A program made the position numbers and the translations under genes. From contig OZ024742.1 of the NCBI GenBank assembly GCA_964016885.1, positions 145,824,001-145,888,000 on the forward strand: DNA of 64,000 nt, read 5' to 3'. Of this stretch, positions 1 to 16,164 are shown piece after piece. How positions within the stretch are numbered: position 1 is the stretch's first letter; the number at the start of each line of letters is the position of its first letter. The DNA comes from Eledone cirrhosa (Eukaryota). Below the pieces are notes generated by a model. It made no database searches and was not told the DNA's origin. It worked only from the letters and a program-made list of their open reading frames with translations.

Positions 1-3000
1 ATACACCAATGTATATAGTGCCAACACACACCAATGTATATAGTGCCAACACACACCAATGTATATAGTGCCAATATACACCAATGTATATAGTGCCAAC
101 ACACACCAAGGTATATAGTACCAACACACACCAATGTATACAGTGCCAACACACACCAATGTATATAGTGCCATCACACACCAATGTATATAGTGCCAAC
201 ACACACCAATGTATATAGTGCCAACATACACCAATGTATATAGTGCCAACACACACCAATGTATATAGTGCCAACATACACCAATGTATATAGTGCCAAC
301 ACACACCAATGTATATAGTGCCATCACACACCAATGTATATAGTGCCAACACACACCAATGTATATAGTGCCAACATACACCAATGTATATAGTGCCAAC
401 ACACACCAATGTATATAGTGCCAACACACACCAATGTATATAGTGCCAACACACACCAATGTATATAGTGCCAACACACACCAATGTATATAGCACCAAC
501 ACACACCAATGTATATAGTGCCAACACACACCAATGTATATAGTGCCAACACACACCAATGTATATAGTGCCAACATACACCAATGTATATAGTGCCAAC
601 ACACACCAATATATATAGTGCCAACACACACCAATGTATATAGTGCCAACACACACCAATGTATATAGTGCCAACATACACCAATGTATATAGTGCCAAC
701 ATACACCAATGTATATAGTGCCAACATACACCAATGTATATAGTGCCAACACACACCAATGTATATAGTGCCAACACACACCAATGTATATAGTGCCAAC
801 ACACACCAATGTATATAGTGCCAACACACACCAATGTATATAGTGCCAACACACACCAATGTATATAGTGCCAACACACACCAATGTACATAGCACCAAC
901 ACACACCAATGTATATAGCACCAACACACACCAATGTATATAGTGCCAACATACACCAATGTATATAGTGCCAACACACACCAATGTATATAGTGCCAAC
1001 ACACACCAATGTATATAGTGCCAACATACACCAATGTATATAGTGCCAACACACACCAATGTATATAGTGCCAACACACACCAATGTATATAGTGTCAAC
1101 ACACACCAATGTATATAGTGCCAACACACACCAATGTATATAGTGCCAACACACACCAATGTATATAGTGCCAACACACACCAATGTATATAGTGCCAAC
1201 ACACACCAATGTATATAGTGCCAACATACACCAATGTATATAGTGCCAACACACACCAATGTATATAGTGCCAACACACACCAATGTATATAGTGCCAAC
1301 ACACACCAATGTATATAGTGCCAACACACACCAATGTATATAGTGCCAACATACACCAATGTATATAGTGCCAACACACACCAATGTATATAGTGCCAAC
1401 ACACACCAATGTATATAGTGCCAACACACACCAATGTATATAGTGCCAACACACACCAATGTATATAGTGTCAACATACACCAATGTATATAGTGCCAAC
1501 ACACACCAATGTATATAGTGCCAACACACACCAATGTATATAGTGCCAACACACACCAATGTATATAGTGCCAACACACACCAATGTATATAGTGCCAAC
1601 ACACACCAATGTATATAGTGCCAACACACACCAATGTATATAGTGCCAACACACACCAATGTATATAGTGCCAACATACACCAATGTATATAGTGCCAAC
1701 ACACACCAATGTATATAGTGCCAACACACACCAATGTATATAGTGTCAACACACACCAATGTATATAGTGCCAACACACACCAATGTATATAGTGCCAAC
1801 ACACACCAATGTATATAGCACCAACACACACCAATGTATATAGTGCCAACACACACCAATGTATATAGTGCCAACATACACCAATGTATATAGTGCCAAC
1901 ACACACCAATGTATATAGTGCCATCACACACCAATGTATATAGTGCCAACACACACCAATGTATATAGTGCCAACATACACCAATGTATATAGTGCCAAC
2001 ACACACCAATGTATATAGTGCCAACACACACCAATGTATATAGTGCCAACACACACCAATGTATATAGCACCAACACACACCAATGTATATAGTGCCAAC
2101 ACACACCAATGTACATAGCACCAACACACACCAATGTATATAGCACCAACACACACCAATGTATATAGTGCCAACATACACCAATGTATATAGTGCCAAC
2201 ACACACCAATGTATATAGTGCCAACACACACCAATGTATATAGTGCCAACATACACCAATGTATATAGTGCCAACACACACCAATGTATATAGTGCCAAC
2301 ACACACCAATGTATATAGTGTCAACACACACCAATGTATATAGTGCCAACACACACCAATGTATATAGTGCCAACACACACCAATGTATATAGTGCCAAC
2401 ACACACCAATGTATATAGTGCCAACACACACCAATGTATATAGTGCCAACACACACCAATGTATATAGTGCCATCACACACCAATGTATATAGTGCCAAC
2501 ACACACCAATGTATATAGTGCCAACACACACCAATGTATATAGTGCCAACACACACCAATGTATATAGCACCAACACACACCAATGTATATAGTGCCAAC
2601 ACACACCAATGTACATAGCACCAACACACACCAATGTATATAGCACCAACACACACCAATGTATATAGTGCCAACATACACCAATGTATATAGTGCCAAC
2701 ACACACCAATGTATATAGTGCCAACACACACCAATGTATATAGTGCCAACACACACCAATGTATATAGTACCAACACACACCAATGTATATAGTGCCAAC
2801 ACACACCAATGTATATAGTGCCAACACACACCAATGTATATAGTGCCAACACACACCAATGTATATAGCACCAACACACACCAATGTATATAGTGCCAAC
2901 ACACACCAATGTATATAGTGCCAACACACACCAATGTATATAGTGCCAACACACACCAATGTATATAGTGCCAACACACACCAATGTACATAGTGCCAAC

Positions 3001-6000
3001 ACACACCAATGTATATAGTGCCAACATACACCAATGTATATAGTGCCAACATACACCAATGTATATAGTGCCAACACACACCAATGTATATAGTGCCAAC
3101 ACACACCAATGTATATAGTGCCAACACACACCAATGTGTATAGTGCCAACACACACCAATGTATATAGTGCCAACACACACCAATATATATAGTGCCAAC
3201 ACACACCAATGTATATAGTGCCAACACACACCAATGTATATAGTGCCAACACACACCAATGTATATAGTGCCAACACACACCAATATATATAGTGCCAAC
3301 ACACACCAATGTATATAGTGCCAACACACACCAATATATATAGTGCCAACACACACCAATGTATATAGTGCCAACACACACCAATATATATAGTGCCAAC
3401 ATACACCAATGTATATAGTGCCAACACACACCAATGTATATAGTGCCAACATACACCAATATATATAGTGCCAACACACACCAATGTATATAGTGCCAAC
3501 ACACACCAATATATATAGTGCCAACATACACCAATGTATATAGTGCCAACACACACCAATGTATATAGTGCCAACACACACCAATGTATATAGTACCAAC
3601 ACACACCAATGTATATAGTGCCAACACACACCAATGTATATAGTGCCAACACACACCAATATATATAGTGCCAACATACACCAATGTATATAGTGCCAAC
3701 ACACACCAATGTATATAGTGCCAACACACACCAATGTATATAGTGCCAACACACACCAATGTATATAGTGCCAACACACACCAAGGTATATAGTGCCAAC
3801 ATACACCAAGGTATATAGTACCAACACACACCAATGTGTATAGTGCCAACACACACCAATGTATATAGTGCCAACACACACCAATGTATATAGTGCCAAC
3901 ATACACCAATGTGTATAGTGCCAACACACACCAATGTATATAGTGCCAACACACACCAAGGTATATAGTGCCAACACACACCAATGTATATAGTGCCAAC
4001 ACACACCAATGTATATAGTGCCAACACACACCAATGTATATAGTGCCAACACACACCAATGTATATAGTGCCAACACACACCAATGTATATAGTGCCAAC
4101 ACACACCAATGTATATAGTGCCAACACACACCAAGGTATATAGTGACAACACACACCAATGTATATAGTGCCAACACACACCAATATATATAGTGCCAAC
4201 ACACACCAATATATATAGTGCCAACACACACCAATATATATAGTGCCAACACACACCAATGTATATAGTGCCAACACACACCAATATATATAGTGCCAAC
4301 ACACACCAATGTATATGGTGCCAACATACACCAATGTATATAGTGCCAACACACACCAATGTATATAGTGCCAACACACACCAATATATATAGTGCCAAC
4401 ACACACCAATGTATATAGTGCCAACACACACCAAGGTATATAGTGCCAACATACACCAAGGTATATAGTACCAACACACACCAATGTGTATAGTGCCAAC
4501 ACACACCAAGGTATATAGTGCCAACACACACCAATATATATAGTGCCAACACACACCAATGTATATAGTGCCAACATACACCAATGTATATAGTGCCAAC
4601 ACACACCAATGTATATAGTGCCAACATACACCAAGGTATATAGTACCAACACACACCAATGTATATAGTGCCAACACACACCAATGTATATAGTGCCAAC
4701 ATACACCAATGTATATAGTGCCAACACACACCAATGTATATAGTGCCAACACACACCAATGTATATAGTACCAACACACACCAATGTATATAGTGCCAAC
4801 ACACACCAATATATATAGTGCCAACACACACCAATGTATATAGTGCCAACACACACCAATGTATATAGTGCCAACACACACCAATATATATAGTGCCAAC
4901 ATACACCAATGTATATAGTGCCAACATACACCAATGTATATAGTGCCAACACACACCAATATATATAGTGCCAACACACACCAATGTATATAGTGCCAAC
5001 ACACACCAATGTATATAGTGCCAACACACACCAATGTATATAGTGCCAACACACACCAATATATATAGTGCCAACATACACCAATGTATATAGTGCCAAC
5101 ACACACCAATGTATATAGTGCCAACACACACCAATATATATAGTGCCAACACACACCAATGTATATAGTGCCAACACACACCAATGTATATAGTGCCAAC
5201 ATACACCAATGTATATAGTGCCAACATACACCAATATATATAGTGCCAACACACACCAATGTATATAGTGCCAACACACACCAATATATATAGTGCCAAC
5301 ATACACCAATGTATATAGTGCCAACATACACCAATGTATATAGTGCCAACATACACCAATGTATATAGTGCCAACACACACCAATATATATAGTGCCAAC
5401 ACACACCAATGTATATAGTGCCAACACACACCAATGTATATAGTGCCAACACACACCAATGTATATAGTGCCAACACACACCAATATATATAGTGCCAAC
5501 ATACACCAATGTATATAGTGCCAACACACACCAATGTATATAGTGCCAACACACACCAATATATATAGTGCCAACACACACCAATGTATATAGTGCCAAC
5601 ACACACCAATGTATATAGTGCCAACATACACCAATGTATATAGTGCCAACATACACCAATATATATAGTGCCAACACACACCAATGTATATAGTGCCAAC
5701 ACACACCAATGTATATAGTGCCAACACACACCAATATATATAGTGCCAACATACACCAATGTATATAGTGCCAACATACACCAATGTATATAGTGCCAAC
5801 ACACACCAATGTATATAGTGCCAACACACACCAATGTATATAGTGCCAACACACACCAATGTATATAGTGCCAACACACACCAATGTATATAGTGCCAAC
5901 ATACACCAATGTATATAGTGCCAACACACACCAATGTATATAGTGCCAACACACACCAATGTATATAGTGCCAACACACACCAATGTATATAGTGCCAAC

Positions 6001-8402
6001 ACACACCAATGTATATAGTGCCAACACACACCAATGTATATAGTGCCAACACACACCAATATATATAGTGCCAACACACACCAATATATATAGTGCCAAC
6101 ACACACCAATGTATATAGTGCCAACACACACCAATGTATATAGTGCCAACACACACCAATGTATATAGTGCCAACACACACCAATGTATATAGTGCCAAC
6201 ATACACCAATGTATATAGTGCCAACATACACCAATGTATATAGTGCCAACACACACCAATGTATATAGTGCCAACACACACCAATATATATAGTGCCAAC
6301 ACACACCAATGTATATAGTGCCAACACACACCAATGTATATAGTGCCAACACACACCAATGTATATAGTGCCAACACACACCAATGTATATAGTGCCAAC
6401 ATACACCAATGTATATAGTGCCAACATACACCAATGTATATAGTGCCAACACACACCAATGTATATAGTGCCAACACACACCAATATATATAGTGCCAAC
6501 ACACACCAATGTATATAGTGCCAACACACACCAATGTATATAGTGCCAACACACACCAATGTATATAGTGCCAACACACACCAATGTATATAGTGCCAAC
6601 ACACACCAAGGTATATAGTGCCAACACACACCAATGTATATAGTGCCAACACACACCAATGTATATAGTGCCAACACACACCAATGTATATAGTGCCAAC
6701 ACACACCAATGTATATAGTGCCAACACACACCAATGTATATAGTGCCAACACACACCAATGTATATAGTGCCAACACACACCAATGTATATAGTGCCAAC
6801 ACACACCAATATATATAGTGCCAACACACACCAATGTATATAGTGCCAACACACACCAATGTATATAGTGCCAACACACACCAATGTATATAGTGCCAAC
6901 ACACACCAATGTATATAGTGCCAACACACACCAATGTATATAGTGCCAACATACACCAATGTATATAGTGCCAACATACACCAATGTATATAGTGCCAAC
7001 ACACACCAATGTATATAGTGCCAACACACACCAATATATATAGTGCCAACACACACCAATGTATATAGTGCCAACACACACCAATGTATATAGTGCCAAC
7101 ACACACCAATGTATATAGTACCAACATACACCAATGTATATAGTGCCAACACACACCAATGTATATAGTGCCAACACACACCAATGTATATAGTGCCAAC
7201 ACACACCAATGTATATAGTGCCAACATACACCAATGTATATAGTGCCAACACACACCAATGTATATAGTGCCAGCATACACCAATGTATATAGTGCCAAC
7301 ACACACCAATGTATATAGTGCCAACACACACCAATGTATATAGTGCCAACACACACCAATGTATATAGTGCCAACACACACCAATGTATATAGTGCCAAC
7401 ACACACCAATGTATATAGTGCCAACACACACCAATGTATATAGTGCCAACACACACCAATGTATATAGTGCCAACACACACCAATGTATATAGTGCCAAC
7501 ACACACCAATGTATATAGTGCCAACATACACCAATGTATATAGTGCCAACATACACCAATGTATATAGTGCCAACACACACCAATGTATATAGTGCCAAC
7601 ACACACCAATATATATAGTGCCAACACACACCAATGTATATAGTGCCAACACACACCAATGTATATAGTGCCAACACACACCAATGTATATAGTGCCAAC
7701 ACACACCAATGTATATAGTGCCAACACACACCAATGTATATAGTGCCAACACACACCAATGTATATAGTGCCAACACACACCAATGTATATAGTGCCAAC
7801 ACACACCAATGTATATAGTGCCAACACACACCAATGTATATAGTGCCAACATACACCAATGTATATAGTGCCAACACACAGCAATGTATATAGTGCCAAC
7901 ACACACCAATGTATATAGTGCCAACACACACCAATATATATAATGCCAACACACACCAATGTATATAGTGCCAACACACACCAATGTATATAGTGCCAAC
8001 ACACACCAATGTATATAGTGCCAACACACACCAATGTATATAGTGCCAACACACACCAATGTATATAGTGCCAACACACACCAATGTATATAGTGCCAAC
8101 ACACACCAATGTATATAGTGCCAACATACACCAATGTATATAGTGCCAACATACACCAATGTATATAGTGCCAACACACACCAATGTATATAGTGCCAAC
8201 ACACACCAATATATATAGTGCCAACACACACCAATGTATATAGTGCCATCACACACCAATGTATATAGTGCCAACACACACCAATGTATATAGTGCCAAC
8301 ATACACCAATGTATATAGTGCCAACACACACCAATGTATATAGTGCCAACACACACCAATATATATAGTGCCAACACACACCAATGTATATAGTGCCAAC
8401 AT
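1..8402. repeat. 25-bp tandem satellite, consensus CCAACACACACCAATGTATATAGTG, about 336 copies, runs off the left edge of the window
   Basis: 25-nt periodicity visible throughout with only substitution variants; array ends at about 8402. Confidence 0.99.
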
Positions 8403-8510
8403 ATATCAGTCTGTTTCAACCACACCAAATATGTAATATCAACAAAAAATAGCAGTCAAACCTCAATACACTACAATCATGAAGAAAAGAAGGATATGAT
8501 CATTACATTA

Positions 8511-8597
8511 CCCTATGTACTATACATACACTTTTGATGAATTGTAGTGCACCTGAGCACTGTTCACAATATTTTCATTATTATTATCATTATTATT
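8511..8597 (+). mobile_element. Short 3' end fragment of the CR1-type LINE family seen at 59.1-60.4 kb
   Basis: ttttgatgaattgtagtgcacctgagcactgttcacaatattttcattattatt matches the reverse complement of 59085-59165; (ATT)n tail. Confidence 0.75.
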
Positions 8598-8599
8598 AA

Positions 8600-8797
8600 G
8601 GCGGTGGATTGGCAGTATCGGTAGAGGGTCGGACGCCATGCTTTCCAGCATAGTTACGTCCCTTTACGATCTGAGTTCAAATCCCGCCGAGGTTGACTTT
8701 GCCTTTCATCCTTACGGGGTCGATAAAATAAAGTACCAGTAATGCACTGGGTAATTGCTGGCCTTGTGCCAAAAGTAGAAACAATTATTATTATTAT
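8600..8797 (+). mobile_element. tRNA-derived SINE, family A
   Basis: A-box-like TGGCAGTATCGG, B-box GAGTTCAAATCC, body gcctttcatccttacggggtcgataaaataaagtaccag, (ATT)n tail; many copies in the window. Confidence 0.85.
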
Positions 8798-11700
8798 AAA
8801 TCAATTCAATCAACGGTATAAACAACAAATCTTTGAGATTCAATTCTATGGCCAAATAACCTTCCTGATGCCAACCATCAGTTTTTTTTTAAAAGGTACA
8901 AATCTTTTTATATCTAACTGTTGAACAGCAGAACCTTCATTTATGCAGAATGTAAACAAATATCACTGCCTGTGATGAATGCAAAAAGATAAGAAACAGA
9001 ATCACCTACAAAATTATACCACATCAATTAAAATACAAGTCTACACCCAAAACAAACTTTTGAAAATTAATAATAGTTAAAACTGTTTCATACAGAGGTC
9101 TTCTATTTTCATTAGAGGTCAAGTATAAGGTCAACATGAACTGCTAGATTTATTATCTAAGCAGTGCACTCTACCATGCACAGCAAGTTGACCAAAGTAT
9201 TGACATCTGCTGAAGACGTGCAATTTGTCCGATTATATAACTATCTGCTGATAATATGTAATTTTCTAAACACTATAGATTTAATATCTGTAGTTGTGAA
9301 GTATGTTGCACAGAAATGGATATGTCCAGGAGAGAGATATATAATGTATCTCTACCAAAACACAGCCACTGTACTTGCTATTAATTAAAATATGTGCACT
9401 CTGAACTGCTGGTTCCAGTAGCATTAATGCAATCTAGCAGATTTATTGAGTGGGCGAGGTGTTGGCCAGAGACTGTTGAGTTAATATCAATGATTTTCGT
9501 AAACATTGTATAATAAAATCAATGTCATAATTGTACAATAAATACAAGAATGAATAAACAGAAAGAAAATACTCACTTTCAAATATTTTCTTTAAATCTG
9601 TTTCACCTTACCTGATCATATCCTTAATAGAAGAGTGTAAACTTATTTAACAATCACCAAATTATCAGCAGGAGGAGGGGGCACAAAATAAATGTTTGCA
9701 AGGCAAACACCACATGTAAAGTGAGGCCGAAATATGCCAACACAAAAAATGTCCATGAGCAAGCCCAAGCAACCTCTTGTGGCCTTAGTTTTAATGTTAT
9801 TTTTGTATGGAAATCATTTACTGCCATAATTTTATTATTTACCAAATTAATGGAAAAGATTCATTGCCATGATTTTTGATACCACAAACATTCGGGCCCA
9901 TTGTGCGTATGAGTGTGAACCCTTAGAGGCGCTGTAGCGACATATAGCATTTCTTGGGGACTTTATACCTGGAGGAACTCATCCCCTTTCCAGATCTGAA
10001 CACAGTTGATTTCTTCTAAAGAAGGAGAGAGAGTAATAGGGAGGAAGCTAGAAAGAGATAGAGTGGAAGAATTGACTCCATTACTGGACTGGTACTTTAT
10101 CAACCTTGAAAGGATGAAAGGCAAAGTTGACCTCAGTGGGGTTTGAACTAATATGACCTCAAATATTCAACCTAAACATTATCAATCTGCAGCCTCCTTT
10201 TATTCTATCTTCCCTAGTAATTACTACTATCAACCTATTTACATACAACACCCACTAGTCCTCTGCTGAGCTTCTTTCTTGCAGCAAGTCCCACCCCACA
10301 TTCACTTATACCCACCCTTTCCCCCAAAACTACATCCATATTAATTTTATCGGTCAGAAATCATCTGCAAATTGTATTTAAACCTTTAAACAACAACCCA
10401 ACTCTTAATGTTTCAAATTTATACTCAAATGTTGGACTGACATCTCATTATGTGATATAATAAGATTTCAGTAGTTAGATATACCTTAAGTACTATGTTA
10501 AAAGATAGTTATTTCACTAAACTTTTCATAATCATTGATTATTTTGATAATTTAAACACAAAGGTAGTATATTAGTTAGAAATATGATCACAAAATGCTT
10601 AACATTTTTCAGTATTGTTATTTGTTTTCTACTCTTCCAAACAACAAACCCAGATTCCTCAAACCCTCTGTATAATTTAGAAAGTAATAGATTTGATACA
10701 GACACTGCATGATAAACTTTACTAAGTAGGGATCATCATCATTTAACATTTGTTTTCCTGCTAGCAAGAGTTGTACAAGTTGTTACAGACCAGGTCAGTA
10801 CTCAAGTGGGACTACCAACCTCTAAGATAGGCTGGGGCCCCCACATCTCGCTTACATATATATATTCCTGGGCTCCAATATGTGCTCAGATGGGCCAAGG
10901 GCCAGTATTTTACTCACATTATGTTCCCGTGTTGTACCAGGTGCATTTATTGTGGTACGGGGGAGGGGGGGGGGGGGGGCTATGTCTTTGACACAACTGA
11001 AGAGTCCTCTCAACCTTTTGTTTGGCAGGTTCTCTACAGCTAGATGCTCTTCCTACCACCAACTACTTTACAGAGTGTACCAGTTGCTTTTATTATATAG
11101 ATCAGTAACATTAGGAAGGTTGTCTTTAACACAACTGAAGTGACACCCTGATGAATATGTTAATACAGAACTTCAATAGGTGAGTAATCACTTCAGTAAT
11201 TTATTTATTTCACCAGTTGGCATCTACCTGAAAGGATTATGGCCACTTTTAGCTCCTCGTTCATTTAGAGAGAATTTACTGGTTGATTGTTACAACGCTT
11301 AAATTTTACAAAATGATGTCATCACAAAGAAATCTAGCCCCAAATTAATATGCAAATAATTACACACACATGCATATAGATAGGTGAATTGGACAGTAAA
11401 TGTTAAAAAATGATACAATATGACAAACTGAATGAGTTGGTGTTAAACTCAATGAAACTTTATCTGTGTAATGTCACTATTGTAACTAATTATATATAAC
11501 TCATCCCATGAACTAAGTGCTCTAATCTCTTTGATATTTATACCAAGTTTGTACTACAATACATATATAATTTCACACTAAAGAAGGTCGGCAACTACGG
11601 AGGCTCTATTAATAGAATATACATTAAAAAATAGCACACAGATATAGCATATGTGAAACTAATTATAATAACTGCCATGCTTCAATTAAAAAAAAATTTA

Positions 11701-13254
11701 AGTCAGACGTTCATGATTTCTTACTCTTAAGATATTTTACAATAACTGCTACCTACGTACATGACTAATATGCCACAAAAATAATCATTCCAATTCTGAA
11801 AATGGACTGTGAAGGGTATGCAATCTTAATACACATATAGATTTAGGAATGCTGTTCCAACCGAAGTTTAAAGAAGTAATAAGGAAATATGAAAATATTA
11901 ATATAAATGATGAAACTGGAGTAGTCATGTTTTTAATTTAATAAATTTGAAAGAAAAGCTGTTCCCTACTTATACCAATATATGTGGGCATGTATGTCCA
12001 TGTCCCATAAGTTAACATTTCAACAAACATTAATAAAATAAGTACCAGGCTTGAACTAGGGTCAATATGATCAACTAAATCCATTTATGTTAGGGCCCCA
12101 GTCTACTGACTTAAACTAGTAAAACAAAAACAAAAAAAAAAAAAAAAAAAAGGCCAGTGAAAACTTGAAGATAATCTTCCAAAAATACATTGTGTGAACT
12201 GGAATGGCTATATTAAGAGGTAAAGCATATATATTCCATGAACTAGTCATACATTAATTATGTGAACATATATAATATTCATGACTAATCTAAATATTGA
12301 CTCTGTAAATATTTTGTTTGAACATGTTATGAAAATATTTCACAAAATGGGGAAAGTGGAAGAATGCTGAGTGAACCATAGTTGATAAGTGACATTGCAG
12401 AAAAACAGAACATGTAGATGACTTTTGGGAGTGGAAAGAGAGAGAGAAATAGTAAGAAGGACATGCGATGACCTGGTGGTAGTGGTGGTGACATATGTGA
12501 GGAGAGAGAGATGAGGGAGGGCATGAGAGAGATAAAGATGACATGGGGGTAGTGGTGGTGTGAGAGTGCATAATCAGTTGACCCATAACATAGTAGTATG
12601 GAAAATGGTCTTTAGTTATAATGGTGTAAACCACATATAAATACTAGAAATTGCATATTATACTAGACAGATAGCTCAGCTACATAATATACCAGGAAGT
12701 ATGTATAGATATAATGAGGAAAATCACAGATTATAGACTAACAACTGCATATTAGACCAGCTATGACTATAATGGTCTAAACCATAGGATATGTGCAATG
12801 CATATTATATTTATACACACTGACACAAGCTATAATGTAAAAACCACACTGCACATATATATACACCAGCAATTACATGGTATATAATTGACAGCATCAT
12901 TATCGTTTCCACAGATGTTATTGCCAGGAATGTGGCACAAATGAAAGCAAAAACCAAATCATATGTGATACTACATTGCTAACAAAATAGGTAATAGACA
13001 AATGTAACAGGAATATAAATATTGGAAAGTATTTAATTTAGTAAATAGAAATAATTTTTAAATGCAAGTGCTAACAAATTTAAATACATTCTATAAAAAG
13101 TATGTTTTGAACCACCCCAGGTTCTATGGTAACAAAATAAAAACTTTGTTTTAATTTGTTCATGTTTCAATTTAAACCTTCCATTATAATTTTATATAAG
13201 AACTTATGGTTAAGTTATGTTCCAAACTTAATGAGAAATATATTATTAAACACC

Positions 13255-13427
13255 TCAAGTCCCCGAGCAAGATGATTGGATAACATCCATGAGCTTGGCT
13301 GGTCTCACTTGGGGATCCAGCCAGATCAGTTGGAGATGGTTGCTTCTGACAGGACCCGCTGGAAGGAGTGTTTGAGGACTCAGTGCCCACGACCCTATCA
13401 GGAATAAGTAGGCAAAGAAAAAGAAGA
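13255..13427 (+). mobile_element. 3' end of an RTE-clade LINE, same family as 63.1-64 kb
   Basis: Translates as PRAR*LDNIHELGWSHLGIQPDQLEMVASDRTRWKECLRTQCPRPYQE*, then a (GAA)-rich tail. Confidence 0.6.
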
Positions 13428-14514
13428 CCTCAAAATTCTGTATTAATCCTTATCAAAAGTCCTACTACAACTACTATTTCACTCAACTCTTTAAACACGA
13501 GGTTGTGTGGGTGGCATAGTGGTTAGACCAGGTGGCATATCTTATTAAGCAAAACATTTCATTTGACATTGCTCTATCTACATTGGTTGAAAATGAGCAC
13601 AAGCAGCAGTTGAGTGAGGTGAGGGGATGGTAAACACTGTGATAGACTGCTTTGTATTCTCAGTTGTTTAATCAGCAATGCAACTGAAATAAGACCCTAA
13701 TGAGCCACAAGACTTCAACCTAAAGTTTATCCTTACGAATCTCTGGAGAAAACAAGAAAGCACTTTAGTATATTGCCTGGTTCTCATAACTGCCATAGCA
13801 AGCAACACACCATTTTCCATGGAAATATATCATGTGAAGCCTCAGTATTTTTCATTGCACCAGCACTATCACCTTACAAGGTGGACTGAGTGTATTTTAT
13901 TATGGCTCCAGCACTTTCTATTATAATCCTCTCCCCATCAAGGACTTTTTATAGGAATATTATTATATCATCCTCAGTACTTGACTGGTACTTTATTAAC
14001 CAATACCCAGACAGAATTGAAGTCAGAATGGAATTTGCCACAACTAAATACTATAGACGACAACCAACGCTCTAGCTATTCTGACAGTCCATACCTATAA
14101 CAGGATAAAAACAGGAAGAAAATAATAACATCAGATAAGACCTAAACCTTATAACAGGAAATGTTTTTTCTTTTTATCCTTATATCCTATTTAAGGCAGT
14201 GATTTGGCAGATTTGTTCTGACTCATCAAATTCTGAATTCAAATCCCCCTAGAGTCAATAAAATAAAGTACCAGCCTAGGGTGGTGTATTGCCAAACCTG
14301 TATTGGAGAAAATGTTTCAGATCTTTACATTCAGAGTACCCCGGGCAGGTGCAGTGAACCTGTTTGTATCTCGCTAACAAGAAACCAGGTAAAAAATACC
14401 CAAAGGAAGGCAATGAGAAATTATCTTTGTACTCTCTCAAGAAAATGTCATGACAATCACAAAGCACTTGTTATGGAAGTTACCAAGGGTCATATAACCA
14501 AATGAATGAAGGGA

Positions 14515-14715
14515 ATGAAGTCATCATGGATATTTGTTTTAGTCATCTAATGGTGTAAGGAAGACATGGGATGAAGTCACCAGGTGTCATATGACCTAAT
14601 GATATAAAGAAAATGGGATGAAGTTACCAGATGTCATATGACCTAATCATATAAGGAAGACATAGGATGAAGTCACCAGGGATAGTTAGTGACTAGATAG
14701 TGTAAGGAAGACAGT
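14515..14715. repeat. Degenerate ~55-bp tandem repeat, about 3.5 copies
   Basis: Recurring taaggaagacatgggatgaagtcaccaggtgtcatatgacctaat. Confidence 0.7.
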
Positions 14716-16164
14716 ACAAAGTGATTTAGAAATAACACATAGCTGAGAGAAATTTATTGGCCAACAAATGTCAAAATCCTATAAATTCCTCTCAGCTCCA
14801 TCTTCCTTTTAAACCAAAGAAAAGTTTTAATGTGTCAATAAGTTTACTTGCTATGCCAGATGGAAAAAAATCTGATATTTCAAGCTAAGGTGATTTGATA
14901 GAAGGAATTTAGTCTAAAATGTCAGATTTTTCACCCTTGATAGTAACTAAACTTATTGAGCAAAACACTTCATTTGACATTGCTCCAGTGAACTTGGTTG
15001 AAAATAAGTAATAGCAGCAGTTAGGTGGGGTGAGATGCTGGTTAATTGCAATAGACTGGTGTCCTGGCCAGAGGAAAGTTTTGTATTCTCAGTCGCTTTA
15101 ACACCAATGAAACTGGAATAAGCTCCATCATGATAAACCCCAAGGCATGAAACAGACTTTAACCATAAGTTAATCCTTACAATTCTCTGAAGAAGACAAG
15201 AAAGCACTTCAGTATACTGCCTGGTTTTCATTTGACTGTCATAGCAAGCATCAGTTATGAACATACTATATAAACTTGTGTATAAGTTACTTTTTCCCAT
15301 GGAATTATAACATGTGAAACCAGCACCTCCTGGACATATAAAACCTCAGTTCAAAATAAGATATATTGTTAATGTTATTAAACAGGGTTGCTTATTTACT
15401 AGTGTGACTTATAGCTAAGTCTCTCTATATATACATGCTTTAGTCTAAAATGTCAGCTTTCCCATCCTTGATAGCAACTAAACTTATTGATACCTAGAAA
15501 CTCTCTTGGGTTTATTAGTTAGTACCATTATTGCTGAAATGGATCCTTACTAATTCTTCACATTCCATTCTTAACCCTTGCATTTTACTACTTATAAATA
15601 CTGTCCGTGTGTAGTGAAAGTTACAGCTGGGTCAGTTGCAAAGTTGTATTAGCTAACTAATAAGCAGTTAACAGTCCTTGTCAAGTTAACTCTGTGTTAT
15701 GGCACTTGAAAAAGACACTCAATGGTGTACTATGTTGTATACGAATTATCAGTGATATGAGCAATTCATTGACAAGGAAGTGTTCCAAATTGCTTATTAG
15801 AAAATTAAGATAAACTTCATCATGTCACAATGCCCTCTAAGAACAGTGAATTATTTAAGTCTCTCTCAAGGGTTTCAACCCAATTTCTGTCTACCTAATT
15901 CTACTTGCAAGGCTGGTTGACCAGAAGCTATAGTAGAAGACACATGCCCAAGGTATTGTGCAGTGGGTTTGAATGCAAAACAATCTCCTTATCCACATAA
16001 CAATGCCTATGGTTAAGAACACCAAAGAACAGCAGTGAATTATTTTAAAAACCTGAGACGTTTATGCCCAGTTTCTGGTCCTTGTTAAAAGTTACTATCT
16101 TTTTTTGTTTTATATGCTTTTGATTAATTCTTTCCCCCAAGAAAATAATTATAAGAATTTAACA

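Noticed and set aside
324-8402. ORFs up to 2218 aa (LALYTLVCVGTIYIGVCWHYIHWCV)n
   Set aside because: Translation of a 25-bp satellite; all three frames give the same 25-aa repeat and variants show no codon-position bias
1-8402. CRISPR-like array
   Set aside because: No unique spacers, no cas genes, eukaryotic context
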